From Saprospiraceae bacterium (GTDB lineage: Bacteria; Bacteroidota; Bacteroidia; Chitinophagales; Saprospiraceae): DNA of 32,344 nt. Every line of letters starts with the position of its first letter. The stretch's first letter is position 1. The notes below the pieces were generated by a model. It saw only the letters and a list, made by a program, of their open reading frames with translations. It was not told the DNA's origin and did not search any database. Below are positions 25,769 through 32,344 of this stretch, one piece after another. The translations under genes were made by a program, and so were the position numbers. Where the stretch lies: contig JBATLS010000674.1 in NCBI GenBank assembly GCA_049289435.1, positions 1 to 32,344 of the forward strand, read 5' to 3'.

Positions 25769-26881
25769 TTAACTCTCACTCCCCAGCGATTTCTCACTAA
25801 GTATCAAAAGTGACGCATGACTATGCAAAGCGGCGTACTCCGTAACGCTCTTGTGAAACAAATTTTGGAATAAATTCCGATGTTTTGTGGACAAAACTAC
25901 CAAACGTTGATGATCTGTATCGGTAACTACGTCTTTTATGGATGAAAAAAGATCCGATGTCTCTACCACATCAATATTATATCGCACCATTGGATAATAA
26001 CTCTCTAATAGCTTTTTAGTATCCATGATGTCATATGGACCATCTTGGTTGGCTTTAAAATGAATAATTCTCAGATCAGTGGACATTTTCATACATAGTC
26101 TCCCTGCGTATAATAGATGTAGTGAATCGTTTTTCAAATCCTCGGAGAGATATACTATTTCTTTATTTTGACTATACGCCGCTCCTGGTGGAATCAAAAA
26201 CAATGGACAATGGCATTGATCCAACATATCAAGCGATAATGATCCAAATAATTTTTTGAACGCATCTCCTTCACCAGTGGTACCCATCACCATGACAGAA
26301 CCAGGTTGCTTAGACATTTCAATGAGTTCAATCCTGGGAAAACCAACTCTAAAGACCCCTTCTATCATAGGTTCTTTGATAAAATTGCCAATCCAGTCGT
26401 TATTGAGAGACTCCACATACTCACCCAATTTCTTTTCGTGAATCTTTTCGGCTTCATCATTGATGATAGAAAATTGGTTGGCTTCTGTGGAGGTAGGGTA
26501 ATATACATGCGTCAGGAGAATCACACCTTTGAGATCTTTGGCCAAATAATTTGCAAAATTATAGGCATTGAAAGATGTCCCTGAAAAATCTGTTGGAACG
26601 ATTATTTTTGTCATTTTGCCAAAATTTCCCACCTTCAAGATATTTTGAACTGTCGATCTCAGCGTTTTGTTATAGCTGCCATTTTGCTTTATCTCAAACA
26701 ACAAATTTCCATTTACTTTGATCGCAGGCACAGACATGATATCATCCTTGATAATATCCGTCACCTTAGTGACTTCTTTCAATTGGTAATCAATGCCCGC
26801 ATCGGTCAAATGACGTACAATTCTGGATTTGGCGAGCTGATATGTGGGTGTCCCAGTGCCATATATTTTGATATCCATCAT
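25769..26881 (-). CDS. Cys-less thioredoxin-like (MTH895/redox_disulf_2-like) domain fused to tandem universal stress protein (USP) domains
   Basis: 370 aa. The N-terminus MMDIKIYGTGTPTYQLAK...VPAIKVNGNL matches my memory of the KIxIYGTGCxxC...PxLxVdG family, but both Cys are replaced by Thr and Tyr. Two USP-like modules follow: KIIVPTDFSGTS...VMVMGTTGEGDAFKKLFGS and KEIVYLSEDL...LVVLSTKHRNLFQNLFHKS. Confidence 0.75.
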   Translation of the reverse strand: MMDIKIYGTGTPTYQLAKSRIVRHLTDAGIDYQLKEVTKVTDIIKDDIMSVPAIKVNGNLLFEIKQNGSYNKTLRSTVQNILKVGNFGKMTKIIVPTDFSGTSFNAYNFANYLAKDLKGVILLTHVYYPTSTEANQFSIINDEAEKIHEKKLGEYVESLNNDWIGNFIKEPMIEGVFRVGFPRIELIEMSKQPGSVMVMGTTGEGDAFKKLFGSLSLDMLDQCHCPLFLIPPGAAYSQNKEIVYLSEDLKNDSLHLLYAGRLCMKMSTDLRIIHFKANQDGPYDIMDTKKLLESYYPMVRYNIDVVETSDLFSSIKDVVTDTDHQRLVVLSTKHRNLFQNLFHKSVTEYAALHSHASLLILSEKSLGSES

Positions 26882-27109
26882 ACATATATTATTTAAATGG
26901 TTATAGTAATTTTAGTATTAATAAATTCATAAATATGTATGTAATTGACTATTAAAATGATATTCTATAAACGTGTTGCCTGCATTACAAATATTAGAAT
27001 CCATCATGAAATATTTTGAATACCTAAACTTTATGTACTTATAAATAAATCAATATACTTACGCTTCTGTTGGATCATTCCATAGGAAACAAACATTTTT
27101 CTGATCGTA

Positions 27110-27553
27110 TCATAGTTCATAATCTGCTACTGCACCTGAATCAATGGCAAGTCTATTTATGATGTCAAAAGTAGTAAGTATGCCTACGATCTTTTCATTT
27201 TCAACAATAGGTATGGCATGAAAAAGATTTTCTTTAAATACTTCCAAAGCCACATTAATCCTGTCTCCAGGATTTAGTTTTGCCAATTTTTTCGTCATAA
27301 TGTCTTTGGCCAAAAAATTGTTTAATCTCACTTCATCAGCCAGTTTTTCGACTTCTTCATCTGAGAAACCTCGCCTAAAAAACAAGAAATCTGATTTGCT
27401 GAGCATACCCACCAACTTACCATCTTCAATCACTGGTATGTGGTGAATTTTGTGCCCCTTAAATATTTTATTTGCTACCGCCAATGTTTCAGTAGCACCG
27501 ATGCAAATAGGGTTGGGAGACATGATAGTGGAGACAGGGTTAAGAATATTCAT
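27110..27553 (-). CDS. CBS-pair-only protein
   Basis: Track ORF 27110-27586, trimmed to the ATG at 27553 (MNILNPVSTIMSPNPICI). It has two CBS motifs (HHIPVIEDGKLVGMLSKSD and HAIPIVENEKIVGILTTFD) and no other domain. Confidence 0.8.
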   Translation of the reverse strand: MNILNPVSTIMSPNPICIGATETLAVANKIFKGHKIHHIPVIEDGKLVGMLSKSDFLFFRRGFSDEEVEKLADEVRLNNFLAKDIMTKKLAKLNPGDRINVALEVFKENLFHAIPIVENEKIVGILTTFDIINRLAIDSGAVADYEL

Positions 27554-27591
27554 ATGCTTGAGATTTAATTGTGCCCCAAAGATCAACTAAT

Positions 27592-27620
27592 TATTTTTGG
27601 AAAAATATGACATAAGTCAT
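27592..27620 (+). promoter_or_regulatory. candidate -7 box (TATTTTTG) followed by a 5-4-5 palindrome ATGAC-ATAA-GTCAT in the divergent CBS / kinase intergenic region
   Basis: Read directly: TATTTTTG at 27592-27599 on the plus strand and ATGACATAAGTCAT at 27607-27620. The 5-N4-5 geometry matches Crp/Fnr-family operators, but the sequence is not the TTGAT-N4-ATCAA consensus. Confidence 0.2.
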
Positions 27621-27713
27621 TCCTTTACATGATATTTGTGATGCGTAAGTCCTGATATAATCATGACATTGTGCTATAATTCTGATTTTCGATACAAAAA
27701 TAAGCATATAAGG

Positions 27714-28997
27714 ATGCATAGTCAAAGTGATGTAGAGAGACGATTGAAGGCCATTTTTGATGCTGCGGTGGATGGCATCATTACTATCAATCAAAGGGGC
27801 ATCATCGAAGAAGTCAATCTTGCATCCTGTAGATTGTTTGGCTATACACCCGAAGAGATGATGGGTAAAAATGTAAGCTTCCTCATGCCTATCGAACACA
27901 GCATCCACCATGACAAATATCTGGAAAGGTATCATAAAACAAGACAAGCAAAGATCATCGGAATAGGTCGGGAGGTCGTAGGTAAGAAAAAAAATGGGGA
28001 AGAATTTCCTTTTTGGTTGGCGGTGATCGAAGTAAAGCTGGATCAAAGCACGATCTATACAGGATTTATTCATGACTTGTCAGAGATCAAAAACGCTGAA
28101 GATAGATTAAAGTCTCTCAATGAAGATCTGGAAAAAAAAGTCATGGACAGAACTTATGAATTGGAAAATGCTGTCAATCAACTGCTGGCACTTAACCGGC
28201 AGTTTGAAGATGAAATTGCCCTAAAAATAAAAGTACAAAACGATCTTAAGGAACGTGAAGCAGAGCTGGAGAAAAGCCTGGTAAAAGAAAAGGAACTGGG
28301 AGAACTAAAGTCAAGATTTGTATCTATGGCCTCACATGAATTCAGGACACCTTTAGCTACTATACTCTCTTCTGTGTCACTCATAGGAAGGTACAAAGAA
28401 ACAGATCAGCAGGCTAATAGGGACAAACACATACACAAAATAAAATCGTCCGTGTCACATCTCACTGGAATCCTCAATGATTTCCTATCTATGAATAAGC
28501 TGGAAGAAGGCAAAATAATGACAACCATAGGAGAGTTTGACGCCAAGGAAATAGGATTGGAAGTGGTGGAAGAATTTAAGACCATTTTAAAAGGACAACA
28601 ACAGATTATATTTGACCATATTGGGCAATCTGAAATGGTATCGTCAGATAGAAAAATATTGAAAAACATACTCATCAATCTGTTATCCAATGCCATCAAA
28701 TACACGGCTGAATCGGGGATCATACATGTCAATATGTGGAGTAACAAAGATACTATCAGATTTTCTATAGCTGACAATGGTATTGGCATACCCGAGGATG
28801 AACAAAAGCACTTGTTTGATAGATTTTTCAGGGCTAGTAATGCTACCAATATCGAAGGCACAGGCTTGGGCTTGAACATAGTAAAAAAATATGCAGAAAT
28901 GTTGGATGGACAAATAACCTTCCAAAGTAAACTGTATGAGGGCAGTACCTTTACAGTGGAACTTCCAAACAAAATTGCGGACTTAACTCAACATTAA
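27714..28997 (+). CDS. soluble FixL-type heme-PAS sensor histidine kinase
   Basis: The track ORF starts at 27663. I prefer the ATG at 27714 (MHSQSDVERRLKAIF) because the preceding 17 codons look intergenic. The PAS domain matches my memory of the rhizobial FixL heme domain: GKNVSFLMPIEHSIHHDKYLERYHKTRQAKIIGIGREVVGKKKNGEEFPFWLAVIEV...IYTGFIHDLSE. A coiled coil follows, then HisKA (SMASHEFRTPL) and HATPase_c (NAIKYT, DNGIGIP, GTGLGL). No TM segments. Confidence 0.85.
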   Translation: MHSQSDVERRLKAIFDAAVDGIITINQRGIIEEVNLASCRLFGYTPEEMMGKNVSFLMPIEHSIHHDKYLERYHKTRQAKIIGIGREVVGKKKNGEEFPFWLAVIEVKLDQSTIYTGFIHDLSEIKNAEDRLKSLNEDLEKKVMDRTYELENAVNQLLALNRQFEDEIALKIKVQNDLKEREAELEKSLVKEKELGELKSRFVSMASHEFRTPLATILSSVSLIGRYKETDQQANRDKHIHKIKSSVSHLTGILNDFLSMNKLEEGKIMTTIGEFDAKEIGLEVVEEFKTILKGQQQIIFDHIGQSEMVSSDRKILKNILINLLSNAIKYTAESGIIHVNMWSNKDTIRFSIADNGIGIPEDEQKHLFDRFFRASNATNIEGTGLGLNIVKKYAEMLDGQITFQSKLYEGSTFTVELPNKIADLTQH

Positions 28998-29008
28998 ATA
29001 TCATAAAA

Positions 29009-30064
29009 ATGACCACAATGAAATCAAAAATCCTGGTGATCGAAGACAATAACGATGTAAGAGAAAACATAGAGGAACTCTTACAACTGACCGGATACGA
29101 AGTATTTACGGCTGAAAACGGAAAACTAGGAACTACAAAAGCACTCGAAGTGATACCCGACCTCATCCTATGTGATATCATGATGCCCGAGTTGGATGGA
29201 TTCGGAGTACTGCGTATCCTCTCCAATCACCCTACTACGATGGATATTCCTTTTATTTTTCTGACTGCAAAGATAGAAAAGGAAGATTTCAGAAAAGGTA
29301 TGGGCTTAGGAGCAGATGATTATATCACCAAGCCTTATGACGATATCCAATTACTAGATACTATAGAAATCCGAATCAAAAAAAGTGCTAGAATAAAAAA
29401 TTCTTTTGATCGATCAGGCTCTGGACTTCAGCGATTTATAGATGAGGCAAAGGCTCAAAGGGAATTTGATAAATTATCAGAAAATCGGGAGATCAGAAAA
29501 TATCATAAAAAAGACATCATCTATGAAATTGGACAATACCCTAAATGGCTGTACTTCGTGGCATCCGGGAGTGTAAAATCCTTTCAGATCAACGATTTCG
29601 GCAAGGAGTTTACTACCAACATATATGCTCCGGGTGATTTTTTTGGATATATGCCTCTATTGGTTGGTGAAAAATATCATGACTCTGTCTCCGTCATAGA
29701 TGATTGTGAACTAAGATTGATCCCTATAGATGACTTCACCCTGCTGCTCTTCAATAATAGAGAGTTTTCAGCCAAGTTTATCAAAATGCTGGCAAATCAA
29801 TCAGAAGAAGTAGAAAAACAACTCATTGAAATGGCGTATAGTTCCGTCAGAAAAAGAGTAGCAAATGCACTACTGAAATTTAGTGAAACAAAACACTCCA
29901 CAACGATGTCGATCCTCAGAGATGACATAGCCAGTCTAGCGGGTACAGCTAAGGAAACGACCATCAGAACACTCTCAGACTTCAAAAGCGAAGGTCTGAT
30001 CGGTATCGATGATAATAAAATAGAGCTCCTAAAAATCGAAAAACTTAAAAACATGCCGCAATAA
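29009..30064 (+). CDS. hybrid response regulator: REC receiver domain fused to a Crp/Fnr-type effector + HTH domain
   Basis: 351 aa. REC features: KILVIEDNNDVRE, phospho-acceptor Asp in DLILCDIMMPELDG, FLTAK, DDYITKP. Next is a cNMP-binding-like beta-roll (WLYFVASGSVKSF...GDFFGYMPLL) and then a Crp-type HTH (RDDIASLAGTAKETTIRTLSDFKSEGLI). It starts 11 nt after the kinase stop. Confidence 0.85.
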   Translation: MTTMKSKILVIEDNNDVRENIEELLQLTGYEVFTAENGKLGTTKALEVIPDLILCDIMMPELDGFGVLRILSNHPTTMDIPFIFLTAKIEKEDFRKGMGLGADDYITKPYDDIQLLDTIEIRIKKSARIKNSFDRSGSGLQRFIDEAKAQREFDKLSENREIRKYHKKDIIYEIGQYPKWLYFVASGSVKSFQINDFGKEFTTNIYAPGDFFGYMPLLVGEKYHDSVSVIDDCELRLIPIDDFTLLLFNNREFSAKFIKMLANQSEEVEKQLIEMAYSSVRKRVANALLKFSETKHSTTMSILRDDIASLAGTAKETTIRTLSDFKSEGLIGIDDNKIELLKIEKLKNMPQ

Positions 30065-30147
30065 TGACTTAAATCATACTATAATAGAATGGTGGTCATA
30101 TGCTTTGGATGCAATCTGTCCTATATTTGTATCGAAAACAAGAGACC

Positions 30148-30555
30148 ATGAGACCAGAGCTCAACGATAAGATAAGCGAGATCATGACGGTACAGCCAAT
30201 GACTGTTCAGGTGCATGAGCCGTTACAAAAGGTGTATGAACTCATGAATAAATTGTGTATCAGACATATACCAGTAGAGGAAGATACGGTGCTCAAAGGT
30301 ATGATAAGTAAGAGTGATTTGGACAAATGGCAGTATCTGTATAGCACAAATAGTAATCTCTCTACTCCACTGACAGCGAAAGAAGTAATGACAAAATCTC
30401 TGCACACCATTCAACATGATGATACCATCAAAGATGCGGCAGAAATGCTCAGTTTGGCGTCATTTCATGCATTGCCTGTGATGCAGGATGAAAAATTGGC
30501 AGGTATCGTCACGAGTACCGATTTGATCATTTACCTTCTCAAAGATCATAAATGA
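30148..30555 (+). CDS. CBS-pair-only protein (second copy)
   Basis: Track ORF 30100-30555, trimmed to the ATG at 30148 (MRPELNDKISEIMTVQPMTV). Two CBS motifs (RHIPVEEDTVLKGMISKSD and HALPVMQDEKLAGIVTSTD). Confidence 0.8.
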   Translation: MRPELNDKISEIMTVQPMTVQVHEPLQKVYELMNKLCIRHIPVEEDTVLKGMISKSDLDKWQYLYSTNSNLSTPLTAKEVMTKSLHTIQHDDTIKDAAEMLSLASFHALPVMQDEKLAGIVTSTDLIIYLLKDHK

Positions 30556-30631
30556 GCATGAGTTGGGCATAAATTTGACATAATAAAATGTTTTAGAAGT
30601 ATAGATTGTTGATCTAATTGTTTTGATTTGT

Positions 30632-30667
30632 AAGAGGCGGCACAAAAGGTGAAGCCTCTTATTTTTT
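30632..30667 (+). terminator. rho-independent terminator after the kinase / regulator / CBS unit
   Basis: AAGAGGC (30632-30638) pairs with GCCTCTT (30654-30660). Inner CAC/GTG pairing is possible. ATTTTTTG follows directly. Confidence 0.55.
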
Positions 30668-30701
30668 GCCAATTACCCTATGAATAACAAAGAATAACGT
30701 A

Positions 30702-31736
30702 TTACAAAATCTTTAATCTATCCATCAATTGATCAATAAGTTCTTTTCCTTCCTTTGAAAATTTCTTAAAATCACCCTTGGAATACGCCTGGAGACCCAA
30801 CATAAAATTGTCCGCCATGATCTCATCAGGATGGATGATATATTGAGTATTGTCTTTGATCTTACTAAAAAACATGGGGGTGCTCTTCAGTGGGATCGTG
30901 GTCTGTCCATTTGACGTAGTGGATGCTTCCAGATATTCACCCTTATCGACTAATTCATATAAATCAAAATTTAGATAATCAAAAAAGGCATTTGTTGATG
31001 ATCTATAACCATCATATTTACTTGTGATCAAAGGTACAGCTTGTATGGTGCCTCCATCTTTGGGTAGTTCCATGACATATTGGTAAGATACTCCATCGGG
31101 GTTGGTCAGCAGCCTTCTACTTAAGTGATCATTGAGGCGGACGGGTTTAGGAGACTTACTAAAACCAATCAAACGATATAAATCTTTTCGCAATGTCTCA
31201 TCATATCTCGACAATACATGAAAAACTTCATGAATCATCACAGGGATTTGACGAGCTGGATCATCTATTGGAAATATGTTTTCTGGGATCAGAATATCAC
31301 GCTCTCTGGTATAATACACATGATCTCCCAGGGGGTCGGTTTTTATTTTGATCAATCTCATACCTGCAGGAAATAATCTTGGACTCAAGGTATCACAAAG
31401 TGCTTTTACAACATTGAAGATTTCAGTGAGCTGTAGCCTTTCATCCTGCTTCCAAGGGGATACTTGCGTAGAAAGAAATGATTTATATTGATTTAATACT
31501 TGACTTCTGTCTTCATTTTTAAAATATTTTTTCATCTGTATGCCCATTTCGACGACGGAGACTTGGTCAAAAAAGCCATCTTTAGTATCAGTAATTATGG
31601 CTTTGGCAGCTGCAGTGCTGTCAACAAAGGTAACTATAGCTGGCTTAAGGTATGGATCCTTAGCCGTCTTATTGGATTTACATGATATAAATAGAAGCAC
31701 AATTATCGAAAAATATGAAATCTCTCTTGCCAGCAT
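30702..31736 (-). CDS. hypothetical lipoprotein with HExxH motif (putative zinc metallohydrolase)
   Basis: Track ORF 30702-31775, trimmed to the ATG at 31736 (MLAREISYFSIIVLLFISC lipobox). It has a single HEVFH motif in IPVMIHEVFHVLSRY and a downstream acidic HPDEIMADNF. I do not recognise the family. Confidence 0.55.
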   Translation of the reverse strand: MLAREISYFSIIVLLFISCKSNKTAKDPYLKPAIVTFVDSTAAAKAIITDTKDGFFDQVSVVEMGIQMKKYFKNEDRSQVLNQYKSFLSTQVSPWKQDERLQLTEIFNVVKALCDTLSPRLFPAGMRLIKIKTDPLGDHVYYTRERDILIPENIFPIDDPARQIPVMIHEVFHVLSRYDETLRKDLYRLIGFSKSPKPVRLNDHLSRRLLTNPDGVSYQYVMELPKDGGTIQAVPLITSKYDGYRSSTNAFFDYLNFDLYELVDKGEYLEASTTSNGQTTIPLKSTPMFFSKIKDNTQYIIHPDEIMADNFMLGLQAYSKGDFKKFSKEGKELIDQLMDRLKIL

Positions 31737-31853
31737 AAATAGTATGTTTGGCCAAAAGTAATAAATTTTTTGCAACTATATGGATCTATCAAATAGGTAA
31801 CATCACATCGATATCTATTATTTTTATACCTTTGTGGGCTCAAAAGTACATTC

Positions 31854-32344
31854 ATGTCACAAATAGTTGCCATAGTAGGCAGACCCAACGTAGGAAAATC
31901 TACGCTCTTTAACCGCTTGATCGGCGAGCGAAAAGCGATCATTGATAATGTCAGTGGAGTGACAAGAGACAGAATGTATGGTTATTCTGACTGGAATGGG
32001 AAAAACTTTACGGTCGTAGATACTGGTGGATTTGTCAAAGGCTCCACAGATATATTCGAGGCAGAGATCAGAAGACAGGTGCAGATAGCCATGGACGAAG
32101 CTACCATCATCATATTCCTGACGGATGTGTCCACAGGAATCACAGATCTGGATGAAGAAATAGCTAAAATGTTACGAAAGAATCCAACTAAAGTCATCTT
32201 GGCCGTGAATAAAGTCGATAACTCGCAGAGGCATCTTATGGCTAATGAATTTTGGAGTCTAGGCTTCAATGATACCGTATTTATCTCCTCTATTTCAGGA
32301 GGTGGTTCGGGCGAATTGCTGGATTTGGTAGCAGAATATCTACC
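31854..32344 (+). CDS. der: ribosome biogenesis GTPase Der (EngA), N-terminal part (runs off the right edge)
   Basis: Open frame from ATG 31854: MSQIVAIVGRPNVGKSTLFNRLIGERKAIIDNVSGVTRDRMYG...VVDTGG...AVNKVD. G1 (GRPNVGKS), G3 (DTGG) and G4 (NKVD) of the first GTPase domain are present. It is missing from the ORF track because it is open-ended. Confidence 0.9.
   Translation, partial: MSQIVAIVGRPNVGKSTLFNRLIGERKAIIDNVSGVTRDRMYGYSDWNGKNFTVVDTGGFVKGSTDIFEAEIRRQVQIAMDEATIIIFLTDVSTGITDLDEEIAKMLRKNPTKVILAVNKVDNSQRHLMANEFWSLGFNDTVFISSISGGGSGELLDLVAEYL

Noticed and set aside
27591-28073. 160-aa minus-strand ORF overlapping the start of the histidine kinase
   Set aside because: It is antisense to a strongly supported PAS-domain coding region. 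The translation has no domain features and its composition is typical of an antisense frame.
28406-28972. 188-aa minus-strand ORF (with 28683-28925 and 28951-29226) inside the kinase/regulator genes
   Set aside because: It is antisense to the HisKA/HATPase region, whose motifs are unambiguous on the plus strand. The sequence is Ser/Leu/Ile-rich low-information.
31703-32269. Minus-strand ORFs 31703-31942 and 31982-32269
   Set aside because: They are antisense to the clearly recognisable der (engA) GTPase reading frame starting at 31854, which carries the G1, G3 and G4 motifs.
1-32344. CRISPR arrays, tRNA/rRNA genes, IS elements, integrases, phage or toxin-antitoxin/defence modules
   Set aside because: I saw no regularly spaced direct repeats, no cloverleaf-like or rRNA-like stretches in the intergenic regions, and no transposase, integrase or recombinase-like ORFs in any frame. 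The remaining short track ORFs all lie antisense or out of frame inside well-supported genes.

Overview
AT-rich chromosomal segment with Bacteroidota-style organisation: A-rich leaders rather than clear Shine-Dalgarno sites, TAnnTTTG-like -7 boxes, lipoprotein and TAT signals, and an ACIII + aa3 oxidase arrangement. All calls come from reading the ORF translations and DNA by eye; no similarity search was run. The core (8162-24903, all minus strand) is one collinear 15-gene respiratory operon. It runs alternative complex III actA-B-C-D-E-F, then aa3-type cytochrome c oxidase (subunit II, subunit I, heme O synthase, two subunit-III paralogs, subunit IV), then three biogenesis-type genes: a cysteine-free SCO/thioredoxin-like anchor protein, a DUF420/CtaM-like protein and an 85-aa CPMC membrane protein. 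Three features of the operon are unusual. CoxII carries a C-terminal OmpA-type peptidoglycan-binding domain instead of a cytochrome c domain. ActA has an extra N-terminal monoheme domain, giving 6 CXXCH in total. His-rich tails or loops occur on ActC, ActF, CoxI and CoxIII. The right flank (25769-30555) is what I consider the most interesting system, a compact putative O2/hypoxia-sensing island. It contains a soluble FixL-type heme-PAS histidine kinase and a response regulator whose output is a Crp/Fnr-type domain (REC-Crp hybrid). These are flanked by two CBS-pair-only proteins and a tandem-USP protein that has a Cys-less thioredoxin-like N-domain, with a LOG-family gene alongside. Further right are an HExxH lipoprotein and the 5' part of der (engA). 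The left flank holds a Crp-family regulator, a coupled GabT-like transaminase / C-N hydrolase / VOC / unknown operon, a beta-lactamase-family serine hydrolase with extra C-terminal domains, an alpha/beta hydrolase lipoprotein and a putative outer-membrane barrel. I saw no tRNA, rRNA, CRISPR array, transposase or integrase.
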